From positions 14,384,001-14,448,000 of the forward strand of contig NC_043020.1 of assembly GCF_006345805.1 (NCBI RefSeq): a DNA stretch of 64,000 nucleotides, written 5' to 3'. The translations under genes were made by a program, and so were the position numbers. Source of the DNA: Octopus sinensis (taxonomy: Eukaryota). Position 1 is the stretch's first letter. Each line of letters starts with the position of its first letter. The notes under the pieces were generated by a model. It did not search any database. It worked only from the letters and a program-made list of their open reading frames with translations, and was not told the origin of the DNA. This document shows positions 26,701 to 37,669 of the stretch, piece by piece.

Positions 26701-29700
26701 TTCAGCTACTTGCACATTAATTTCTTGATCTGATCAACTGGAACCCTCATCATTGTAAATAACAGAATGCCAACAATGCATTGAAGTATCAGTAATTGAT
26801 CTAGCTGGACTTCTGGTGGCTATTTATTAATGCCTTTTAGGAATTTTTTTTTTTTTTTTGTTAACAACTTGAATCTTCAAATCTTATGCTTTTATGAACC
26901 ATTTTTTAGCTTTGAGAAAAACATTTTTATTCCTAATTATTCAATGATTTAAGTCATTAAAACTTTTTTTTGTTCTTTCTGACTATTTCTGAAAAATCCT
27001 GCTAAGGAGTATAGGTTCCAAAGAGTTTTAACGGACATAAAGTTCATTTTTATTGCCATTAACAAATTTTTCCAATGGCTGTTGACAACCAAATGATATA
27101 CCACTAATTCTAACTTTGCTTGAATTATTCTTTCTTTACAATTGTCTACAATTTAAATCATTTGTGAATTATTAAAATAATTTATTTTCAGTTTAGAGGA
27201 TGTCTTGATGCAAGAAGGAAAATTATATCTTGTCTTTGAATATTTGTCAATGGATCTGAAGAAATATATGGATTCTATACCAAGTGGAAAATACATGGAT
27301 ACTAAACTTGTAAAGGTACATTCTTTTATTGATTTTCATGATTTTGCACATATCAGGCAGCACTCCAGTTACCGTCGTCCTTTAAGGTCCATTTTCCAAG
27401 CTGGTATGGGTTAGACGGTTTGACAAGGGTTGGTAAACCAGAGAGCTGCACCGGGCTCCACTCATCTGTTTTAGCTTGGTTTCTATGGTTGGATGCTCTT
27501 CCTAGTGCCAACCACTCTACAGAGTGTACTGGATGCCTTTTACATGTCACTGGCAATGACCACGATTCACAGCAAATCACCAGGTTTTAAATAAACTACT
27601 TTCTAGACTTTCATTATTGAAGATAGCTTTATACTGTTGTGATTGAAATAAGAGTGCTTGAGTAGAAGTTTTTTCTTTTTTTTAAATTCTGGACATGATG
27701 TCCATCTCATAATTCAAAATAGAACCCTCTCAATCCCACATTCATTTTTGGCTTGCCTCAAGGTTCTGTTACATCTCCCACACTATATCTAATCTACATC
27801 AAAGACCAGCTCACTGTTATCACTAACTAACTGCTCCTGTGCAGATCATTCTCACCTGGCCAACAAACCACTACATCTAACCTTTTCATAAGCAACTTAC
27901 TGCTAAAACTTCTCTTTATAAATATTAAACCCTCATGACCTTCCATAATGAATGCATATACAACATAGTTATGAGTAAAACTAGGCTGCTGTCTCTTTAT
28001 GACTAGTAACGTGAATAGTTACTGAGCATTATACAAACCCTCATGTAGCACTGTTATTCATGTAGGAGGAGCACCATGGGTTTTTTTTAAATATTAGTAG
28101 CTATTATTATTATTATTATGGCTGGCAGAATCATTAGCGTGCCAAGCAAAGTGCTTAGTGGCATTCAAATTCTGCCAAGGTTAACTTTTCCTTTCATCCT
28201 TTCAGGGTCGATAAAATAAGTACCAGTTGAACACTGGACGTTGATGTAATTGACATACCCCTTCCCCAAAATTCTTGACCTTGTGCCAAAATTTGAAACC
28301 ATTATTATTAAGACATTGAGCTGGCAGAATCATTGTCGGACAAGATGACTAACAGTATTTCTTCTGATTCGTTATATTCAGAGTTCAAATTCTGCCGTGG
28401 TCAACTTTGTCTTTCATCCCTCTAGTGTAGTCAATAAAATTAGAATACCAGTAAAGTGGCAAGCTGAGAGAATTGTTAGCATGGGGAAAAATTGCTTAGT
28501 GGCATTTCATCTGTCTTTATGTTCTTCATCATCAATGTTTAGCATCCGCTTTCCATGCTAGCATGGGTTGGATGGTTCAACTGGGGTCTGGGAAGCCAGG
28601 AGGCTGCACCAGGCCCAGTCTGATCTGGCAATGTTTCTACGGCTGGATGCCCTTCCTAATGCCAACCACTCCGTGAGTGTAGTGAGTGCTTTTTACATGC
28701 CACCGGCACAGGTGCCAGGTGAGGCTGGCAAATGGCCACGATCAGATGGTGCTTTTTGCGTACCACCGGCACAGGGGCTAGGCGAGGCTGGTAATGGCCA
28801 GGCTGACAGAGTTCAAATTCTGCTGAGGTTGACTTTGTCTTTTACCTTTTCAGGGTCAATAAAATAAGTATCAGGTGAGCACTAGGGTTGATACAATCAA
28901 CTTACCCTCCTCTCCCAAAATTACTGGCCTTGTGCCAAAATTCGAAACCATTATTATTGTTGTTAGAGTAGTTGGGAGGGTAGGATTGTAGTATGTTAAA
29001 TATTTTTTGTTATTTGTATTTCAACTTATTGGTTTGCAGAGTTACCTTCATCAAATTCTGCAAGGAATTCTCTACTGTCACCAGCGCCGACTCCTTCATC
29101 GTGATCTGAAACCTCAGAATTTACTTATTGATACATCTGGAACTATTAAATTGGCTGACTTTGGTTTAGCCAGAGCATTTGGTATTCCTTGCCGTGCTTA
29201 CACTCATGAAGTAAGTAGGGTTTTTTTTTACACATTTATTTTGTAACATTTTTATTGTGTTGAAAATGATCTTCTGGAAGTTTTATTCTTTTAATGATGA
29301 GACAAAGGGCAATGAGAACACGAGATGGTACCATCACATTTCCAACAAAGAACTGTGTGCATGCACACATCAGCTTGTAACGACCACCCTCATAGCTATC
29401 TGGTACAAGCATTGGTAGGGACAAGTCCTACCATTCAGTGCAGTAGCTGCAGGCTGGAAGGGCCTTGTGGCAGCCCCGACACCAGATGGCTGAAAGTGAT
29501 TGGAGAAGATCTCTAAATGTTCAACGTCACCTTGGAAGATGCAGAGGGGCTGGCATGGGACTCCAGCAATGGAGAACACTGGTGGACCCAGTCAGCTCTC
29601 TGCGTGATGACATCCCTGGGACCACTAACCTGGGGTGCCCACAGCCTCTTCAAGCAACATCTTGAAGTGAAGCGAAACAGTTTCATTAATTTGGTTGTTG

Positions 29701-32700
29701 CAGCTAGGAATTTAGGGCTAATTAACAGTCTAATGTGAAAGTACATGGTCTGTGATTGGGCTATTGGACTCACAATTATAAGGGCATGGTTTCAATTCCT
29801 AAATGGGATGGTGCACTGTGCTCTTCATTTCTCATAGTTCCTGATCACTCAGTTGAATATGGATTGTCTGCTATAGTCGGTTCCCTCAGCCAATGTGAAG
29901 AACCATTCTGCCTAAAATTATTAAATCTATTAGCCTAAATTTTTTGCATATGCGACGTCAGTGGCCCTAGATAGTTAGATACAGCACAGTGGTGGACGAC
30001 GTGCTGGATACGTATACAGAACAACACTACGTTTCTCTTTTCACCCAGCTGTAAGGTATTTAAGTATATAATGAACAAATCTTGTGATGACCAAAGAAGT
30101 GAATATCACAGTTATTCAAGTTTTGCTGAAAACAGCAAATTGATGATTTTAATAGCATTTTTGTTGACCTTTTACTACCAAATAAATGCAAAGAATCAAG
30201 CTTATGTTAATTACTAACATTTCATGGAGTTAGTCTAACAAGCAAAAAGGTTTTCTTATTCAAAGAATTAGATCTTTCATTCAGGTAACTGCTCAAATAT
30301 CAACCACAACCTTTTATCTAGAAAGTTAATTAACCCTTTTGCATTCGGGTTACTCTGTCAAATGTAAAGCTTATTTATTCACATTGTTATTGAATAAATT
30401 ATGCATTATCTTATAGTGTTGAGGTTTTGATGAAGATTTTTAGAATAACAGTGTAGGGTAGATGTGAGAAGTCAAATCTGGCCAGTTTTTAAATAAATTA
30501 AGGTAGAGTATTTGGGTTGGATATGGCTGGTTAAAATGCTAAACAGTTAATGATTGCTTTATCTCATTTCTATTGAGAGAGTAAGGCTGTCTTTATTCTA
30601 TAAAAGTATTTGATTTTTTTTTTTTTTTTCTATTAGGTTGTTACTTTATGGTATCGTGCCCCAGAAATCCTACTTGGTTATCAACGCTATTCCACAGCCT
30701 TAGACATTTGGAGTATTGGTTGTATCTTTGCTGAGATGGTAACAAAACGACCTCTTTTTAACGGTGACTCTGAAATTGACCAGTTATTCAGAATATTCAG
30801 GTAACTTTTCTCTTTTCCTCCTTTTATAATTATCATTATGATTATTATTTGTGCTGCTCTTTCACTCAATAATAATATATAATGAAATTATTGTATACAG
30901 TGCTCAGGTGCACCACAACTTGTCAGAAAGTGCATATAAAGTATATGTAGTAATGTACAAATGTCTGGAAAGCGAACAATGTATGAGTCAGATACAGGCT
31001 TGTGTGTGTATGGAGGGGAGAAAATCAGGTGTAGTGTTGGCGAATCTCAGGAAGCATGGCAGTTTTGAAGGATGCAGTGCTCAGACAACTAACAACTGAT
31101 GCCATAAGTTTGTTCCATGCTTCAGCAACTCTCAGCGTGAAAAAATGTTTCCTAAAGTCATGGGAGCTGTGCCGTTTTCTGACTTTGTAAATATGTCCAT
31201 ACTTTCATTCTAGCAAAGTTTCTACGAGATCTTGATATTTCAGTTGGTTGGATTATTGAGATTGGATCAAGTATTTCTCGTGTTTTGATGATTTATATAT
31301 CACAATTTACAATGGACCAGTCCTCCTGACTGGTCCATAGGTAGAATTCTCAAGTGCAATGTTTACATGGCTGGATATTCCTTGGTCAGTTTGGAGTGAT
31401 AGCTACATCTGAGAGAAAATGTTGTTTTAAAGAATGGTACAGTGGTTGTGCATTTGGCACAGGTAGTAGAAATGGTTTAGTCATTTATCACTGGCTTTGT
31501 TTACAGCGTACACATTCTAAAATATTTGCAGCATTTTTCCTACAAAACCATTGATAACATTAGCTTACCCTAAAAACCTTTTATTGTATTCTATGAATAC
31601 ATTGGTTCATGAATGTAATCTTAAAATTTCCTCACCAACTCTGTCAAGTGATAAACAATACAAGAAGGTTGTCATGCTGAAATATTCATTGATAACCTGG
31701 TTATTATTGTGACTACTTGAGTCCTGAGTAAGAAAGAGGAAGACAACCTAACTAGATATCACTCACAGATCTGCTGTGTCTGTAGCTGAGAGCTATTACT
31801 TCATGCTTCAACATGTTGAATTATGTAGCATGCTATGTAACACTGGATATTATTTTATTTTCAAATGTGCAAATTCACTGGTTAATACTTTGGTTGTTAT
31901 GTTGAAATATTCATTGATAACCTGGTTATTATTGTGGCTACTTTTGCCTTGAGTAAGAGAAAGACAACCAAACAATTAGATGTCACTCACAGATCTGTTG
32001 TTTCTTTTAACCTGTTCCTCAGAAGCTGAGAGCTATTACTGTGCACTTCCATATGTTGAATTGTATAGCATGCTATGTAACATTAAATATTGCTTAATTT
32101 GAATTTTCACTAAATAATACTTCTTCGGTAGAGGCATTGTTGCTTGGTTAAGACATTTGGTTTACAACCATGTGGTTTTAGGTTTGATCTCACTTTGTGA
32201 CACCTTGGGCAACTATAATCTCAGGTTGGCCAATGCTCTATAAATAAAATTTGATAGACAGAAAGAGTATGGTAGCCTGTTATGTATTTATAATGTGTGT
32301 TTTTTTATTTCTTCTGTGCTGTCACATTGATATTGCTCATAAAGAATGGTGAAATACAATATCTGGAAAATACACGATGCCTGGTATCAGGAACTGGCTA
32401 TAGAATATTGGGATCTTTTCGGTTTGAACGGCAGTTTTTTTCTAGCGGTGTCATATGAAATTATGACCCTAGTATCGATCTATTGCATTTCAATCTGTTT
32501 TAGGGTTAGGTGTGGAGGGAAGAGTATCTTTTTTTCTTCACAAATGTAAATAAACCCAATCTGTTTCTTAAATGAGGGACATATTCATACGGCACAGAAT
32601 GTTTTCACCTCAATAGACGGTCATTGATTGGTTGAAATTGCCGAAAAGCAAGAAATTAAAGACCAAATATCTTACAAACTATAGAATTTTCTCAATAAAG

Positions 32701-35577
32701 CCAAGAGAAAAAAGTGTCTTATAAACACATTCTACCAGTATACAAAGCTTAAAATTTTTCAGTTACCTAGAAATTATGTTAAAAACTGCCGTTCAAACTG
32801 AAAAGATCCGAATATTGTCTCCTCTAAGTCATGTCTGCATGAAATGAATGGGAAAAAAAATGTAAAAACAAACCATTCCCATGTGAAGTGGAGATTGTCT
32901 TGTAAGTCAGACAATTCATCATCATCATCATCAGCCTGTCTTTCATGCTGGCTTGAGCTGGACAGTGCGGCAAGCCGTAGAGCTGGACTGAGCTTTATTT
33001 TCAATGGCTGTAACGAGGCTGTAGCCTGAGGCTTAATTTAAGCTTTTATCTTTTACTTGTTTCTGTCATTTGACTATGGCCATGCTGGGGCACCACCTTG
33101 AAGTATTTTTTACTCCAATGATTTGACCCCCAGTATTTATTTTCTTTCAAGCCTTGTACTTGTTCTGTTGGTCTCTTTTGCCGAACTGCTAAGTTACACA
33201 GATGTAAAGACACCAACTTCAGTTGTCAAGCAGTGGTGGGGGACAAGCACCGACACACACACACACTTGTATATGATGGGCTTCTTCCAGTTTCCATCTA
33301 CCAAATCCACTCACAAAGTTTTGGTCAACCAAGACTATAGTAAAAAAAACACTTGCCCAAGATACCATGCAGTGGGACTGAACCCCAAACCACGTGGTTA
33401 GGGAACAAGCTTCTTACCACACAGCCACACCTGCACTTAATAGATATGATATTCATGCTTTTTCTTTTTATCATGCAGGACTTTATCAACCCCAAATGAA
33501 GAATCTTGGCCTGGAGTAACAAATTTCCCAGATTACAAAGCATCTTTCCCACAGTGGAAAGTCAACAATCTGGAAACATCTCTTAAAACTGATGTTGCCA
33601 TGGAGTCTGCCGGTCTTGATTTGTTACAGGTCAGTGTGAAATGAGATTTTTTTTTTTTTTTTTTTTTTTTTTTGCGTGATTAAGATTTGATCAAAGTCGG
33701 TGACAGAGCAAGAGTTACCGTTCTTTCTTTGGCTACACATGAAGTAATACATGTAATATATTGAACCTCTTTTTCTACCAAAATATTTGCTGCACCATAG
33801 AGATAGTTTCCCTGACAGGCCAACTAGGTTAAGCTTCTCACTACCAGTGAACTTAAAGTATCACTGTACGTATGTCTGTGTGTGTATATATATATATATA
33901 TATATTAAATCAAATTAGAGACAAAACCACTATTATGCAAATCAAACAAAGAAAGACTTAAGCCAATACATAAAAATTTATATAAATTAAAATTTAACAT
34001 ATGAATAACCACTACGATCGTTTCGTGTCAGCACATCTTAGACATTCTTCAGGTGGTTTCAAAACCTTCTTAGCGATCTTTCTTTGTTTGATTTGCATAA
34101 TAGTGGTTTTGTCTCTAATTTGATTTAATATAATATTTTACTATAAAATTGGATTCAATCTTAAATCTGATTTTTCCTTGTAAATTTGGATTTGTTCCCT
34201 AATATTTATTATTATATATATATATATATAATTATTTGAGGGAATATTAATTGAAACTTACAGGGGAAAAAAAATTCAATTTAGAAATGCTAAATCAAAT
34301 TTCACACAATATAATATATATATAAAAATTAGAAAAAGAACAACTTTTATCAATTCAAAATGAACAATTAAATTACACCATCTAGAAAATTACATATGAT
34401 AGAAATATTGAAATAACAATAAAATATCAATAATTAAGTAAATTGCAAAAAAAAAAATAAAAACGTATATAATTGGTAAAATAGCAATTATATACGTTTT
34501 TATTATTTTTTTTTTGCAATTTACTTAATTATTGTTATTTTAATTTTAATATTTCTATTATATGTAATTTTCTAGATGGTGTAATTTAATTGTTCATTTT
34601 GAATTGATAAAAGGTGGTTTTTTTCTAATTTTATTTATTTATATATATATATAGATCTTGGGCTTGAAATGTAAAAGGCTTTTCCATTCTTTCCAAGTGT
34701 TAAACTAATGCACCTGCTTGTTATTCCTACACTTGTCTTCATCTTTTGTGTTCTGTAAATTTGGACTATACATATATATATATGTATATATATGTAATCT
34801 ACCTACCTACCTGTCTTTTGTGTCATACTAAGAGAAATAACTAATAGAATAAGAAACAGTTAGTAGTTTTAGTAGTGGTGGTGGAGAAAGATAGAGAAAT
34901 GAAATATTAAAAAAAGCAGAAGATAAAATGGTAAATGGTGATTATGATGTTGTTTGTAACAACTTTCATCTCTTTTCCATCTTCCTCTATCTTACCTGGT
35001 ATTTACCATTGTCTCCACCATTGCAATGATAAGGCAACTACAGTTCCTTATTTGTGCTAATTTCTTTTACTGTATTGAATTTTAAACCTTGGTGCAAAAA
35101 TCCCTTTTGCTTAACCCTTTAGTATTTAAACCGGCCATATTCGGCCAAAATATTTAATCTGTTTTATGTTCAAACTGACCAGATCCAGGCTCTCACACCT
35201 ACCCTACAATGTTAATCTACATTAAGTAATTACACCATCAAGATCTTGAAGGTATGAGATAATGCATGATTAATTCAAATCAATGGGAATCAATAAGCAT
35301 TATGTTTGATAGAATAATCTGAACACTAAAGGGTTAAGGTTACTTTTGACTTAGAAACTTCTATTTGAAGTGTTTTGTTTAAATCTGACATCATCATTGT
35401 TGTTGTCGTCATCTCTTGATTTGCAATTACTCCTTTCTGTGACTAATCATTAATGTTGTTCCTTCTTTCTAATTCCAGAAAATGTTGACTTATGACCCCC
35501 ATAAGAGAGTGGCTGCCAAAACTGCAATAAACCACAGCTACTTCAATGACTTAGAAAGCCTCTCTCCTGTACTCTAG
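23736..35577 (+). CDS. CDK1: Cyclin-dependent kinase 1 (cdc2), complete spliced CDS: join(23736-23772,25690-25846,27192-27315,29040-29210,30637-30800,33479-33629,35479-35577); 903 nt = 300 aa + stop
   Basis: Hand-spliced translation [21 protein letters not shown]...[11 protein letters not shown]...HRDLKPQN...DFGLARAFG...[14 protein letters not shown]...[12 protein letters not shown]...[14 protein letters not shown]. All introns are GT-AG with consistent phases. Exon lengths 37/157/124/171/164/151/99 match the vertebrate CDK1 layout as I recall it (37/157/124/171/164/142/99). Confidence 0.97.
24425..24787 (-). mobile_element. SINE family A in a CDK1 intron (another at 25920-26305 -, older copies at about 3880-4230, 6225-6605, 33045-33436)
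   Basis: Reverse complement of family A. Confidence 0.78.
25690..25846 (+). CDS. CDK1: CDK1 coding exon 2 (GTYG Gly-rich loop with T14/Y15, VALK, PSTAIRE helix)
   Basis: Acceptor ctcacag|GC, donor AG|gtgagc; 157 nt. Confidence 0.97.
27192..27315 (+). CDS. CDK1: CDK1 coding exon 3 ([41 protein letters not shown])
   Basis: Acceptor ttttcag|T, donor AAG|gtacat; 124 nt. Confidence 0.97.
29040..29210 (+). CDS. CDK1: CDK1 coding exon 4 ([11 protein letters not shown], activation loop with T161)
   Basis: Acceptor tttgcag|AGT, donor GAA|gtaagt; 171 nt. Confidence 0.97.
29390..29660 (+). mobile_element. Degenerate RTE-like LINE 3' fragment
   Basis: Translates across frameshifts to [34 protein letters not shown], resembling the GRPxxRW...DRxxWR C-terminus of RTE reverse transcriptases. 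Confidence 0.5.
30637..30800 (+). CDS. CDK1: CDK1 coding exon 5 ([10 protein letters not shown]...[12 protein letters not shown]); missing from the ORF track
   Basis: Poly-T acceptor tattag|GTT, donor AG|gtaact; 164 nt. Confidence 0.97.
32411..32809. mobile_element. 8-bp-TSD MITE (GGATCTTTTC termini, internal TTAGGG-like motifs); another copy at about 16793-17219
   Basis: TIR GGATCTTTTCGGTTTGAACGGCAG / CTGCCGTTCAAACTGAAAAGATCC; TSD GAATATTG at 32403-10 and 32810-17. Confidence 0.8.
33479..33629 (+). CDS. CDK1: CDK1 coding exon 6 ([27 protein letters not shown]...GLDLLQ)
   Basis: Acceptor tcatgcag|G, donor CAG|gtcagt; 151 nt, 9 nt longer than the human exon as recalled. Confidence 0.95.
34007..34058 (-). 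ncRNA. Type I hammerhead ribozyme motif, antisense to CDK1 intron 6
   Basis: Minus strand AACCAC-CTGAAGA-ATGTC(taagatgtgct)GACAC-GAAA-CGATCG-TA-GTGGTT: stem I AACCAC/GTGGTT, palindromic ACGATCGT stem III, GUA triplet. The base of stem II is an A.C mismatch. Confidence 0.65.
35115..35333. mobile_element. TTAA-flanked piggyBac-type MITE in the last CDK1 intron
   Basis: TTAA|CCCTTTAG...CTAAAGGG|TTAA; nearly identical to 15470-15688. Confidence 0.8.
35479..35577 (+). CDS. CDK1: CDK1 terminal coding exon ([32 protein letters not shown])
   Basis: Acceptor attccag|AAA, TAG at 35575-35577; 99 nt. Confidence 0.96.
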   Translation, partial: KMLTYDPHKRVAAKTAINHSYFNDLESLSPVL

Positions 35578-35885
35578 ATGGCTTCCATATTCCAGTTAAC
35601 TGACTTTGATTTGTGATAAACTATTGTACAGATGCCAAAGAGATTGTCTGTTTTGGTAATGAATGTGATTGATGTATGTGACTGACTGTTTGCTCATTCC
35701 TTTCTTGTGAAAGTTCTCTTTCTGTCTTCTCCATGTTCATTTCTTTGGCACCACGTAAAACCATTTGAGCTTGTTACTGAGGTGATTGTAGTTATATTTT
35801 GATGGGAGGCCCTCCGTCAACTTGTCTTGAAATGGTTACAAACTTGAGATATCCTAACATTTATGTAATATACTCATTGTTTTGG

Positions 35886-35926
35886 AATAAAATACTTTTT
35901 TTCTTTATTAGTGTATAGATAATAAA
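35886..35926 (+). terminator. Candidate CDK1 polyadenylation signals (AATAAA at 35886 and 35921)
   Basis: Two AATAAA hexamers 310-345 nt after the stop, followed by T/GT-rich sequence. Confidence 0.6.
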
Positions 35927-36156
35927 TTTCGTCTTGTCTATTTTATTGTTTTTTTCAATCCAATAGGCTTATCTGTTGACCTGTAATGTCTCTTATCTGT
36001 TTAACTCTTTAGCATTCAAACTAGCCATATCCACCCTAAATATTCTACCTGTTTTATGTTCAAACTGGCCAGATCTGGACTCTCACACCTACCTTACAAT
36101 GTCATTCTAAAAGCTTATACAATCACATTTTGAAACTATAAGATGATGCAAGATTA

Positions 36157-36645
36157 CCGTAAATCCTCAGGTATAGTCCACCCTTGAGTATAATACACAG
36201 GGAATTTTTAGGTGGCTGTACCTCTGAAAAACATAAACCTTGTGTATAATACGCACCCCTTCTCTAACTTGAGTCAAGGAGGTCTATATAACGTACTTGG
36301 TTTGTAAAAATGTATACGGTAACGTCCTTTATAATTATTGTATATATATAAAATAATGCAAACGTGTAGCTTTTTTGTGCATTTTGTTTGCAAAAAATAA
36401 AGAAATAATGTTTAATAAATGCTGCTTACTGCAAGTTATGGATTATTCTCTTGACTTCATTGCTTTCAGGCTTAGCTTAAGGTAGTTTCGCGCCCAACAT
36501 CACAAAATGCATCTGAATAAACATTGCCGGACAGCAAATAGAGACTAAGACATTGCTTAGAAAATAATTTTTATTTTTAACCTCGTATATAGTACACACT
36601 ATGGATTTTGGGGGAGAAATGCGGATTATACTCGAGGATTTACAG
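36157..36645. mobile_element. Tc1/mariner-pogo-type MITE (TA TSD), nested in a TTAA MITE (36005-36708)
   Basis: TIR CCGTAAATCCTC / GAGGATTTACAG, TA on both sides; interrupts the gatTAattc site of the host MITE. Confidence 0.75.
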
Positions 36646-37636
36646 TAATTCAAAACACTCTGAATAAATAGGCATCACATTTGACAAAATAATCTGAATG
36701 CTAAAGGATTAATGACTAACATTTTGAATGTAGGAAACCTGGCCCTTCCTATCCTACCCAAATAGTCTGCTTCATGGCTAATTGGTATGCTATATGCCTA
36801 CTACAAAAGGAAATTTGGGAACTAAACTCCTAAAGTGTTGATCACTTGTTACAGTTAGGGTAATAGATTTTCTAGAAATTATAGCCAACACTGCTTTCAT
36901 TACATTTTATATCCAAGAAACCTGATGTCAACAACAACAATAACATCAAAGATAAAAAGTGAGTAATGCCATATTTCAGGAACTTTTGCTCCTTCATCAG
37001 CTTCCGTCCAACACATTAATCATCCATGAACTCATTGCTTAAATAGCCACTAAATATAGTGGTATAACATTATTGGATTTACCAATTTTACATATTGGGT
37101 AGTGTTTGTGGACAGATGAGTGAATTGATGTTACTCGAAGGAGTATGGAACCAGCATATGCTATTGGGCCCCACTTCTGATATCAGGGGTTGCCTTCTAT
37201 ACCTTGACCTGAGCACAGGACAGGGCTCACCTCTTTGAACTGGAAATGATTGGAATGCTTGTTGTGGCTGCTCCATCCCATGGGAATAGGCATCAGGTTC
37301 AGTCCCACTGCATGGTACCTTGGGCAAGTGTCTTCTATAGCTTCAGGGCAACCAAAGCCTTGTGAAGGGATGTGGTAGACAGAAACTGAAAGAAGACGGT
37401 GGTGAGCTGGCAGAAACATTAGCATGCTGGGCGAAATGCTTAGCGGTATTTTGTCTGCCGTTAAGTTCTGAGTTCAAATTCCACCAAGGTCGACTTTGCC
37501 TTTCATCCTTTCAGGATTGATAAATTAAGTACTAGTCATGCACTGGGGTTGATGTAATCGACTTGATCCCTTTGTCGTTGTTTGTCCCCTCTATGTTTAG
37601 CCCCTTGTGGGCAATAAACTGAAAGAAGCCCATTTA

Positions 37637-37669
<33 letters not shown>

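Noticed and set aside
30084-30130. C/D-box-like GTGATGA...CTGA in CDK1 intron 4
   Set aside because: Too short, with no terminal stem or recognisable guide sequence.
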